A DNA stretch of 63,905 nt, counting the filler, from Octopus bimaculoides (lineage: Eukaryota), in NCBI RefSeq assembly GCF_001194135.2. It is 7 parts of 7 records of this genome, joined end to end, with 100 filler letters (N's around TTAATTAATTAA, not from the genome) between each part and the next. Parts side by side here need not be neighbours in the genome. Positions count along the whole stretch, not along the records: positions 38,661 to 50,478 come from NC_069001.1; positions 50,579 to 63,905 come from NC_068983.1; 5 more parts are not named here. One strand, given 5' to 3'. Made by a program: the position numbers and the translations under genes. Under the pieces are notes generated by a model. It did not search any database. It was given only the letters and a program-made list of their open reading frames with translations, and was not told where the DNA came from. This document shows, in pieces, positions 49,023 through 61,799 of the stretch; position 1 is the stretch's first letter, and each line of letters starts with the position of its first letter.

Positions 49023-50092
49023 GTGAGTGCCCTTAAACCCACCGCTGGTCTAGTCTAGGCTGTGCTCTGGTTTTAATTCTCAAATGAAACCACTTCTTTA
49101 TAGTTAACCCCTCCTAGTGCCACCCTTTCTCGAAAGGCATGCCATCCATCCATACCACTGGAAATTTTTATTCTTGTACTCAAGTCTTCAAAAAAAAAAA
49201 ATTTTTATTATATGGTGGCAGATTGATAGAATGATGGTGGACTTTTATTGATGTGGGCTTCAGTTCTGAGTTCAAATCCAGCCAGAATAGATTTTACTTT
49301 TCATCCTTTCAGGTCAGGTGATCTGAAAATAAGCACCAGCCATGTACTGAGGTTTGATATAATTGGCTATAAACCCTCAGATACATAATTTTTGGCCTTG
49401 TGTTAATGAAATGAATTATTGTTATAATTATTATTGTTTAGTTTATGTTTAAGAGAATATTTTGTTGTTTGTAAAATTTATTGTCTACATGTGAACCATA
49501 AATACATTCATTATATATACAAATATCCAAACATATATATCTCCATCCGTACACACAAATATCATATGAAATAAATATAGCCTCATAACAAGCAATTTAT
49601 GTTATCAAATAGTTTCATATTGAGAAACAATAAAACTAAAAGTGTTGAAGAAAACCAAGTCATCAGACATCAGAGTTGAAAGGAAAACGTCAGGTCTTGT
49701 CTGATGATTGTAGATTTGCCTCAACACTTTTCGATGGTTCTTCTGCATGAAACCATTCAATAACATAAATTGGCTTCTATGATTAGAAATTCATAGTACT
49801 GTATATATACGCCATCTACTGTATTATCTGATTTATGAGTGCCTGTTGTTTGTTTTTTTTTAATCACTAATGAAATCTCATTGGATAACTACACACACAC
49901 ACACATCTTATTGTTCTCAATCCTTTTAACTCCAAGTGGAGCATAGAGCACCAACAGAAAACCTATGTTCTCTTGTTGGTATTTCCATAACAGTGTAGAA
50001 AATTTGATAAAGCTAGATGTCTGACCCAATGATTGCCAGCCTCCTTTCTCAACCAGGCTTGGGACTGACCATAGCAGAGTTATGTGTGTGTC

Positions 50093-50171
<79 letters not shown>

Positions 50172-50433
50172 CCTATTTTATCTTTCCTTGATGTACCTTT
50201 TCTGATTTACTAAAGCTATTGTAAGACTGCTATATTATGATAGCCTAGGCTTACAGGTACTTCTCATACTGTCTTACCTGAAGACATTTGCTCTACAACA
50301 CACACACAGATTAATGAAATGTATTGAGTCTTCAATTTATTTCTTTATATGTATATATCTGTACATAAAAATAATCATTTAAAAAAAATGTAAATATGTA
50401 TGTGTATGTATGTATATGTACACACACACACAG

Positions 50434-50478
<45 letters not shown>

Positions 50479-51439
50479 NNNNNNNNNNNNNNNNNNNNNN
50501 NNNNNNNNNNNNNNNNNNNNNNTTAATTAATTAANNNNNNNNNNNNNNNNNNNNNNNNNNNNNNNNNNNNNNNNNNNNCATTGGATGGCCATAGATTTTA
50601 AAGAATGTATCCGCCTTTTAATAGGTTTTGTTTTTCATCTTGAAGGCATCCAATCACCATCCTCACTAAACAAGTTTAGTTGCCGAGGAATCCGACAATG
50701 GGGCAATCTGTACTAGTTGCATATTAATAGTATGACGCAGGAGTAACAAGTCACATTTATAAAAACATATATATATATACATATGTATATATATATGCAA
50801 ATATATATACGTATCCGTATGAACATATACATGTGTGTGTACATATAAACGTATATATGCATGTGTATATGACGTATATATATATGTGGGGGGAGGATGC
50901 GTGTTTGTGTATGTACATATAAGTACCAAGATTAGAAAGAATAAGTCCTGGGATTGATTTCTTCCCGTTAAAGGCAATGCTCCCTCCAGTATTACTTTAC
51001 GCTCGTAAATTTTATGTCAGCAACATGCTATATTATAATCTTGTGAAAAATAAAGATCAGTCTTATTTTTCTTGTATATCAGATTTTCATCTCCACATGT
51101 AAAGTTGAAACGAAGTCGATTCGAATAGTTTCTTGGTTTATGCGACTTTTATCCGAATTCTAATCAGTAATGCCATTGCTACTCTTCTTTATACAAGATA
51201 AAATGCTATGCTTTATATATATCTTGTGTTGCTATTGGCTGACGCTGTATAATGTTTTCAAAAGTCGGTAGCCAAGTCTTCTCTCACATGGTATACTACC
51301 ACAATAAGTGGTGAATGAAACAGTGTGTGAAACAAATTTTATTAAGGGTTACGATAATTTTTTTTGAATCGTATAAATCATAGTTTTACTTAATCAGAAG
51401 TGGCTAAACAAACTTTAACAAGCGAAAACTCACGATGAG

Positions 51440-51960
51440 TAATAATCATGCTGAGTACGAATAAATGACGATGAATGGGACGCAGGTGAAGATTATGATA
51501 ATAAGGAGAAAAAGTAGATATTGTATAGGGAAGGGGTGTAGAGATGGAGAAGGATAGGATAAGGAAAATGGAAATGAATATGAGGGATATGAAACGTATA
51601 TGGTTTTTGATAATAGTGGTGATGGAAGGCGAAAAGGATGGATGGTGAGAACGATACGGAAATTATATATTTTCACAAAAAAATAAATGAAGAAAATATT
51701 GGTTATATTTAAATTGATAAGAAAAGAAAATTTACCAAAAAAACATATAATGGAAAAGAAGACTATAGCAATGAGGACGATGATGCTAATAGTGAAAATG
51801 AAAATGAGGTGAAGGAGGAGATAGTGTTAACACAAGGGATGGTGATGTTGATGAACAAGACAACGACGACAATGATGATGATGATATCAATGGTGATGAT
51901 GAATATGATCATGATGATGAAATAAATTAAGAGCGACAAAATCATAGCGAGAAAAGGTAA
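51440..51960. repeat. Purine-rich / (GAT)n low-complexity tract
   Basis: Direct reading. Confidence 0.75.
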
Positions 51961-52149
51961 TATATAACAGGAAACAGGATGTAAATGAAACCATTTCGAT
52001 CTCTATTTCCGTTGTAAATATCTCTGACAGAAATAAGATAGCAATTAAAAATTCCATTAAATAACTGAAAGTGTATCTATTTCTTTATTTAAAACATGAG
52101 CAAAGAGAAATAACTAAAATAAGCAAATGACCGCCTTTAGGTTGTATGA

Positions 52150-52340
52150 TGTATGAGTGGAACTCGTCGGTTACGACGACGAGGGTCCTATTTGATCCAA
52201 TCGACGGAATAGGTTGCTCGTGAAATTAAAATGCAAGTGGCTGAGCACTCCGCAGATATGTGTACCCTTTACGTAGTTCTCGGGGAGATTCAGCGTGACA
52301 CAGAGTGTGACAAGGCTTGGCCTTTGAAATACAGGTAGAA
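52150..52340. mobile_element. Interspersed repeat fragment, probably a SINE tail on the - strand
   Basis: GC-richer block 'gtggctgagcactcc..cgtagttctcggggagattcagcgtgacacagagtgtgacaagg', recognised from memory only. Confidence 0.45.
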
Positions 52341-54417
52341 CAGACACAGGAAGAAAGAGTGAGAGAAAGGTGTGGTGAAGGAGTAGGTGTTTCGTTCAAT
52401 AAACACCCACAACGATCGATGATGGAATCGACTGGCCCCCTCCACCAAAATGTGTACCAAGAGTAGAAAAGAACATAAAAAAATATTCTGGACTGAAATG
52501 GCGAAAGTATACAAAAGCCCAAATACAANNNNNNNNNNNNNNNNNNNNNNNNNNNNNNNNNNNNNNNNNNNNNNNNNNNNNNNNNNNNNNNNNNNNNNNN
52601 NNNNNNNNNNNNNNNNNNNNNNNNNNNNNNNNNNNNNNNNNNNNNNNNNNNNNNNNNNNNNNNNNNNNNNATCTATCTATCTATCTATCTACCTCTGGGG
52701 TCAAATTTCTCGACTAAAGGTGGTGCTCCAGCATGACCGCACTCACATGACTGAAACAAGTCAAAGAGTAAATATAAATGTATGTACGTTCCCAAACTCA
52801 CTTGCTGCAGGTAAAAAATACTTATGTGCAGATACTAAGCACTTCTTTTTCAACCGTTTCGTATACAACAATGCACATACACAGACACACACAAAGATGC
52901 ACACACTCCTCCCACGGACACACACAAACACCCACACATATATATATGCATATGTGTGTGTATGTCGTGTTTTTGCGTTGAACTGTTTGTTTCCTTGTGA
53001 AATGTATATATTCTTTTGTGTTTTTATTTCTAAGCATGTCTACCAAACTACGATAAACCGTTCCCACCTCTATTCAACTAATTTGTCAGTAAAAAGTTAA
53101 TAAGAGAAGTAAGATATATTCTCATTCTTTGTACACACAGACTCTGTGAATGGCATGCCATGGAAATAATCTGGGATAAAACTTGCTTCAGTTAATTACA
53201 GAAGTTCGCCTGACCATCTCACAGTTTATTTAATAACAATGTAAACGAGAGATTTTATTGATTTGTTAAACTTATTTTAATTTTTGTTTTGTTTTAATAG
53301 CCGATTCTGGTTTAGTGAACATTTATTTAAACAGGTACTAATTATTTATAGTGATGGGCAGTAATACGTACCCTGTCTCGTTCATTTATTCTTTGTTAAT
53401 TTAAATTCAAAGTACTTTGATTTACTATTCATTTGCTAAGTCTATTATTTTTGCTAATATATTGTTTCGTCTAGATTTAATAGTAGCATTTTATCACCCA
53501 AACAATGATTAAGCAATTTTACAAAAATCTTCCTTCTAATATAATCACAACATCTTGAATAACAAAGATTTCTTTGAAGATTCCCTCGTTATTAAGAGAA
53601 GGAATATATAAAATTCTCTTCTACCATTCATCATATACATTTAGATACCATTTCAATTCATGATAGGTTCAAGCAAACAGAAAAAAAAAATCTTTTTTTT
53701 TTTATCAAAGAAAATAAAGACGGATTTGAACTTAAAATTACAAGCAAGATCATTATCTATCTGTCTGCATATAATAGGCTATAAAATAATTACAAACTTA
53801 CCATCATAGTTATTGAAAATAAATTCACATAGACATATATGTGTGTATGCCTCTATATTTGTGTATTTTGTGTGAGCACGTGTGTTCAGATATCTATGAA
53901 CGTATGTATTTCATCCGCTTAACCTCCAGACGTACCACCATATGTCTGATTTTCTCTACAAAATTTTTATGTTCAATGCAATTTTATAATATAACAACGT
54001 TCAGGATTTACAAACACAACACTTTACATTGTACCGGGAACAAATGTAGTTCAGTGACGAATTCATATCCTTTCAACACTGCATTAATCTATGTATGCCA
54101 AGATACATAACCAATATGGAAATGAATACAAATTTTCATATCAAGATTTTCAGTTTAATTCCTACCCCAATCACATATTTCAAACCTGGATATTTGCATT
54201 TATTTATGTCATATTTCTAATGATAATTACTTTCAGACCTGACTGTTCTATAATTACAGGATACAGACATTAGTGCTTGCAGTAAATCAATTTTTGATAC
54301 ATAAAATATGTACTTTTAGAAAGTATTTTATATTTATACATTCTTTGCAAATTAGAATACATAGAGAATGTTGAAAAATACTTGCGTGGACACGATTGCA
54401 ATTTACTACAAACATAA

Positions 54418-55025
54418 GTTGGTGAACTGGCATAATCGTTAGCACGCCGGGCGAAATGCTTAGCGGTATTTCGTCTGCCGTTACGTTCTGAGTTCAAATT
54501 CCGCCGAGATCGACTTTGCCGTTCATCCTTTCCGGGGTTGATAAATTAAGTACCAGTTACACACTGGGGTCGATGTAATCAACTTAATACCTTTGTCATT
54601 GTTTGTCCCCTCTATGTTTAGCCTCTTGTGGGCAATAAAGAAATGAGAAACGTTAGCACGCTGGGCGAATTTCTTAGCGGTATTTCATCTGCCGCTACGC
54701 TCTGAGTTCAAATTCCGCCGAGGTCGACTTTGCCTTTCACCCTTTCGGGGTCGATTAAATAAGTACCGGTTACGCACTGGGGTCTATATAATAGACTTAA
54801 TCCGTTTATCTCTCCTTGTTAGTCCCCTCTGTGTTGAGTCCTTGTGGGCAGTAAAGAAATAAGAAACGTTAGCACGCTGGACGCAATGCTTAGCGGTATT
54901 TCGTCTGTCTTTATCATCTGAGTTGAAATTCTGCTGAGATCGACTTTGCCTTTCACCCTTTCGGGGTCGATAAATTATGTACCAGTTACGTACCGGCGTC
55001 GATCTAAATTTCGGACCTTGTACCA
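54418..55025 (+). repeat. Tandem array of three ~215-bp SINE family A-derived units
   Basis: 'cgttagcacg' at 54437, 54651 and 54867 (periods 214 and 216). Confidence 0.9.
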
Positions 55026-56076
55026 AGAAAAGAATTTACTTGAAACATATGTTCATTTGCAACAACATCCGACATTTTAATTTCTGTGAGTAACTAGGAT
55101 TATTATGGTCAACTTGAATTCTTCTAAATGCCACCATGCCCCTCATATATGTAGGGCCATCTGTCTGTAAACTATTTTCGTGTTTTCTTATAAGTATTCA
55201 TGTGCTTATAAGTTTTCATATAAAATCATGGAATTTTTTTCCCAGCCCGATCATTTATAATCTCAGCAAATTATGTAGAATTGTGTACATGACACAACAT
55301 TAACAATTCTACAACTATGTTTACATGTTTGTGTAATAATTATTGCAGTCATTGTACATAAATTCAAATTAAAAATATATATATAATTTTGTGAATAATA
55401 TTTATAACATGGTGAATATTTTCCTGCTTTGCTTTATCTGAATCGATACATGTGGTTGATCCGGTTCTCTGATCTCATTGTAACTGATTTTCATGGAATG
55501 TAGCAGGAAATATTGAAATTGTCACTAAAAGGATAAACATGTGTATGCGAGTATGCAATGAACTATGGTTAGTTCCATTTGATAAATTACTAGCTAACTC
55601 GTTCAACATTTATGAATTCAATCCAATTGCTCAGATATTCCCACCATTTTGAATACATGACCGTCAAAGATATAAAATATAAAGCACAATTTATTCACAT
55701 AGAAATGAATAAAAAGATCTAACTTTTTCTTTTTAGTTTCCGGCAATGTTGATATTATATTGAGTGATATAACTAATGTCAATGATATTATTGGAAATTG
55801 CGGTTTATAGTTTATTTTTTTCTATGCTCATGCTATTTATTTCTGTTGCCATAGCAATAATTGTTGTTATCGTGGTCGTAATCATTTTAGTTTTATTATT
55901 GTCGCTCTAGAGAAGAACAGTTAAGCAGGCTTAAGCACATTGTAACCCTAAACTACTCATTTTCTGTTCCCTGTTGGAGATATTCCAATTCGCTCACGCG
56001 TTTATAACTTTAAGTAAAGGCATGAATGTAACAAATTACCCAATTAATCTTTGATTGATGTTTTTCTGAAAAGAAA

Positions 56077-56118
<42 letters not shown>

Positions 56119-56728
56119 CTTATTATTATTACTATTTCTTTTTCCATTTTCCACACGCACTCTCTCTCCCTCTCTTCTTCTATCTCTTTCTCTCTCTCCA
56201 TCTCTCTCTGTCTCACTGCACAACCAAACACAGTTCTCTCATTGTTGGATAAGCGCTGCAATATATATATATATATGCGTGGTATATCATATGTGTGTGT
56301 GTGTGTCTGTGTGTGTTCGCGCCTGCGTGTATGCCACAAACCTACAGCACTCTAGTAAAACATAAATAAAATGCTTCACGTATTCATCACTGAGAGAAGT
56401 ATGCTTGGTTGCGTAGTGAGAGAGAGATAGTACTCAATGAAAGAATAAAGAATAAATATAACCATATATATTTATGCATATATGCATATGTATATGCATG
56501 CACATATTGCCTGTTGGGGATATTGTACATGTGATATGTATAGCAGTAATGGCCGACTTGTTTTATTTTTGTTTTCCAGCTTTTTCTTCTTCCAAACGCG
56601 TGTATTAATATGGGAATTGTTTCTGTTTCCAATCTTTACCTCCTCGCTGCAACTATTTCCAGTTGTGTGTGTGCGCTTGTGACTGTGTGTCGTGTGTGCA
56701 TAGATATATCTATATGTTTGTGTATGCT

Positions 56729-56795
<67 letters not shown>

Positions 56796-57435
56796 CAATA
56801 TTTTAGTTATATGTTATCCATTGTAGACCTTGACAAATATATTTGGACGCACAATCACAGAGTATATAAATCAGTAAGCCGCAGTATATGATTAGTTTTC
56901 TTCCCTTTTAATGGCCTGCATTTGTATAGTCCTCGTCCTGCAGTTATTCAGTTATGCTACTATTATTTCATTCTATGGATTCTGTAGTCCCAACATCAAG
57001 ATTTCATAATTTCAAGAGTGTCCAACCACACATTATGTGATCGATTGTGCCGTTTGTTTGTTATTACGATCTTGTGGTTTCCGTTACTAGCTTTTGCTGA
57101 CAGATCTATGATCTTAAGCCGCTCACAAAAATTCTTTGTGTTAAATTTTTAGTAAATCACTCCTTAGGACTTTCATCTCTATCGTTTTGTATTTCTGTTT
57201 TACTGACTCTTCTTAGGTGTTCTCTAATATAAATATTTGAAGCAACAAATAGCATGAGTTTTAATCCTATTTTCAGTTAAGGCTGTAGTTTTCTTCACAA
57301 TGTAATGCCATTGTTTCACCATGTTTCTAATATTTCTCTGTTATATTCATTTATATTCTTCAAAGCAAAATAAATATATGTACCCGCATAGCAAGTGACC
57401 TGATCTAAGATCGTGTGCTGAAACAAAATCAATTG

Positions 57436-57604
57436 AAGCGAGGAAGGAGTTTATAAGTCATTTAAAAACACACAAAAACTGTTAGATTCACTTCAACATT
57501 TAAATTTAATTTGTCAAACTATTTTAGTCGCCTTGAAACCGCGACTTGTTCACTGGCAAAATTCCGTGTGTTTTTAAATAGCTTATAAACACCTTCCACG
57601 CTGC
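57436..57604. repeat. Inverted repeat with ~40-bp arms
   Basis: 'gcgaggaaggagtttataagtcatttaaaaacacac' versus 'gtgtgtttttaaatagcttataaacaccttccacgc'. Confidence 0.75.
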
Positions 57605-59144
57605 AAAATAAATAACGTTTCTTATTATTCAAATTATATTATATCTAATTCTGCTTGTTATCCCCAACTGATTATATTAATTAATTTACAGGAAAATCAA
57701 CGAAAGCTCTGAAATACTACCATATAGAAACAAAATTGTGATCTACGATTTCTAGCAAAATCGATGTCTCGAAATGTCATCTTAAACACGATATGAGATA
57801 TATAAGTGACATGCAGAGACTTCGAAGAGCACACTTACGAACCAGTGTCTCTCCATTACACACAGAACATCTGAAATTGTTTGAGACGTGGATGATTTAA
57901 CCATTTGTACTCAAACAACATTATTCTGCCTTTCTTTTTCATGTTAATCTACATTTACATTTCTTTCAATAGAAACTTTTCACCCTGTTTCATGCCAAGC
58001 CATTGCATATGTATCAGCTTTTTGTTGATCCTGCGTGTGAATCTTCATTTCGAAATTAAAATATACAAATATACATATACTAGATCGCTGAATTCTACAA
58101 GTGTTTTTTTCATTCTCTCTGTTTATTTTCTCTTATTCCTTTCTGTTGAAGAGCGTAGGCTCGAAACGTATATTACTTTTTCATTTTCCCATGCGTCAAA
58201 CCAGTACAGCTGCTTGTTGTTCATACATCTTTTGTTTTTCTATAAATTTCAACTATATATATATATATATATGCACGCACACACGCACATACACACACAC
58301 GCACACACACACACACANNNNNNNNNNNNNNNNNNNNNNNNNNNNNNNNNNNNNNNNNNNNNNNNNNNNNNTATATATATATATATATATGCATTTTACA
58401 ACAAAAATTGTCGATAAATTAATCATATTGCAAATTATATCCTTTTTATCATGCATGTTTCTGTTTCATTTATATTATTGAATCTATATTGAGTGATTGC
58501 TTATTATCATTACTGCTATTGATAACAATGTGTATGCGTGTGTGTTATTTTTTATATTGTATTAGATGTCTAGTACGTTAAAATTAATTTACTCTTTAAA
58601 CAGTGAAATGTTGTATATGGTGGTATTTGAATAACTCTTCATCATAATCAACATCAGCTTCAGCACCGTCAGCGGCAGCTTTATCATCTTCATGAACACC
58701 AACAGCAATAACACAAAAGACAATCGAATACCGTTAACACTAGCCTTGAGCAAAATGACAAAATTAATTCCGTTATCACTATCCTAACTTCATTGATAGA
58801 CACACAACGAGTGTTCTATGCGTACGTCATGAACTTTGTTTTCGTACAACATTCTCAATTGCATAGCTATATACTTAAGAAGTGTACCTCCAAAAGTCCA
58901 GTTTCTTCTTGCGATGTCGTGGCTTACGTGCCTCAGAGACTACGGAAGGTAACTGAAACGAATGAAGTGAGCGTCGAAAATCAGTGTCCTGCTTCACGCA
59001 TTTACAATTTAAAAATTGTAAAATTTAAGCAGTGTGTAAATTAATAACCGATATAAAAAAAACAAAAACACCAGATATAAATGTATAAGGGAATAGCTAG
59101 GAAAATAACAATATCCGCATGTAATATATACATATTGAGAATAC

Positions 59145-59300
59145 GGCGAGCAGGCAGAGACGTTACCACGGCGGGTAAAATGATTAGCGGCATTTCATTT
59201 GTCTGTACGTTCTCAGTTCAAATTCCAAGTTGATAAAGACCTGGGGTCGATATAATGGACTTACCCCATTCCTACGAAATTGCGGGTGCTAAAATCTGAA
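59145..59300 (+). mobile_element. Decayed SINE family A (another at ~62060-62252, -)
   Basis: 'ggcgagcaggcagagacgtta...ctcagttcaaattcc'. Confidence 0.7.
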
Positions 59301-59822
59301 AACAATATATACACATTGTTGTGTATAGCGTGATGAATACCTACTATCACCCATGTAAAGTATATCATAAGTCTGTGTCGTTTGTGGTTGCGGCTCTCTC
59401 CACTGTGATCTACTTCTGGTGTATGTTCATGTTAATAGTAAACCTTATTTCATCAAAAGTTTCGTGACACTATTTCTGTTTCAAAATAAAAGAACCATTC
59501 TACTGCTGCATATTTGCTTGGTTATTTATGGCGTTACTTTATAATACGTTATTAATTTGTGGAACGTTTAGTAGTAGTAATTCGTTGCTTTTGATTTATA
59601 TGTGATTTTAATCAATTATTGATTCGTTTTAATGTTGCTGACGTTTCCATTCGTCCTGATGAGTGGGGTATGCTCTTAACTATATTATTATATTGTTCAT
59701 ACGCGTAAATTCAGTGTTTGCTATAGTATTAGGTTGTTTTTTATGCTGATATTGTTTTCTTTCACTTCATTTAGTGTTATATGTGTCGTAATGTTCATTC
59801 CTTGACAATCATTAACTTTTAC

Positions 59823-60069
59823 CTCTCATTAACTGAAAATAACGAAGAATTTTGCATGAAACGTATAACTGATACCAAGCATTTTATTTCTTCTAATGAA
59901 GATTTGCTATACTTAACTTTTAATCTGTTTCGTAATCCTACGCTGAGTCCCAAGAACAAAACCACTTTCTTTACCGGTGAGTGCATGACAGTCAACACTT
60001 TTGTTGAATCAAACACCTGAATATCACTCAAATATTTTTCATATTTCTCGGTATTCACTATCTTTATGT
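59823..60069 (-). other. Candidate 247-bp coding exon with loose LRR-like spacing
   Basis: Acceptor 'ttttcttag' (60070-71), donor AG|GTAAAA (59821-22), and a frame open across the whole exon. Confidence 0.3.
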
Positions 60070-61756
60070 CTAAGAAAATATATTTTAAATTGTCATAATC
60101 AAATTCCCAATAAAATTACGAATAATGAATTTCACAAGCTGCAAAAATAAATAAATAAACAGATAAAAAGATATAAAATTCATTAAAGATATAGAGCAGG
60201 CTTTGGAAAATATAGCAATACAATTATTTTTGCAAGAAACATTATTATTACTTGGATACGCAAATCATAGAATATATGATGCAGCAAATGCTTTGCTATT
60301 CTGTCATGTACATTATCGATGATAGTAATACGTATTGTAATAGGAACATGTACAAGCGCCAATCATTTTCATTGCATTCTTTCTATAGCAAGTGTATGCT
60401 GAATCCATACTGACAACACAAATCTTTTGGTTTTCGATTAGAAATAGAAAAAGTGAAATTCGCATGACATGGGCGAAAGTTGACATAGAAATATCATTCA
60501 TCACAAAGGAAATAGAAAGAAGTTTCCTATTTCTTACACTATGTGAAGGAGCACCATTAAGAGATCTAAGTAAAAGAAACAAAAATATCGTGTTTTATTT
60601 AAGTGTGAATGAGAGAACACATGCGCTTCTCTCTCATTGAACTGTTTCCATTGTTCAAATTATTGGTGTAACTTACAATCATTTGAATATATTAGACATA
60701 TAAGTAGCGCGGAATATATCTTCAAGTCATTAGGAATCGCATCTATTACACAATAGACATCTATATTTTCCTATGAAAAGATTCCTCTTGAAACGAGAAT
60801 TGAATAGCCATTTACAATTTGATACCGTACAAATGACTCAATGAAGTATCAATTCCTGCTAATGTAAATGCACAGTTGATTAATCTAGTATTTTAAAGAG
60901 CAATTGTTTCTTGTATGAGATTTGAATTATTCTAGACATGTTAATTTGCAAAGGCCATTGTTTGAAGACAATACAGAGAGCCATTATTTTGAGAAGTACA
61001 CAAATATTACGGCTCATATTCTATTAAATATATCCAATATTGCCTTTATTTTACTTATAAAGACATTATAAAATGTATACGACAGTTAAATAACGTCATG
61101 GAACCATAATACTTGCATTGTGCTACTGATCCTATGAAGGAAAAATAACCTACAAGGAACTGAATTGCGAATATTAAATTTCTGAGAAATATTCAATATA
61201 TTTGCAGAGGTAGTAACCTATAGAAACATGAATCACAAGGAAACTTAAGCAAGTGATGCATTATTAAAATAAATTTATCGAATAATTTCATATGGCCAAG
61301 TGAATACTGGAACGATGTTGTTCAATAAGTTTTACCTATTTCCTCACTGCAAAATAGTTCAAGTCCATTTAACGCATTTTCTAAAACGCAGTACTACAAT
61401 CGAAAATATTATATATAAAAATATAACTGGGAAATACCTCCGCCTCTTTAGAAGTAATAAGAGAGAATGTGACTTTGAGATACTACATACGAGTACATTT
61501 CTAAAACAGACACAAATATATACGTAAAAACTCCGTAGACAAGGCTGGCTACCGACACTTTTTTCTGCCTTTTTATATCTATACTGTTCAGTATCTATGC
61601 GTTGAATAAAATTTATCTTTCTACTTGTTCTACTATACATTTCAGAGCTTCGAAAAACAAACTTGTTTGCTTACATATGGCATAAGAATTTACATACATA
61701 CGTACATACATACATATACAAGCATACATACAAGCAAAGAATAAGAGAGAGAGAGT

Positions 61757-61799
<43 letters not shown>

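Noticed and set aside
56900-57360. Minus-strand 'IDHIMC' resembling an APE endonuclease motif
   Set aside because: A single short motif among many stops; insufficient to call an element.
59640-59680. CTGATGAG...GCTC hammerhead-like start
   Set aside because: It is followed by TTAAC rather than GAAAC and the stem does not pair.
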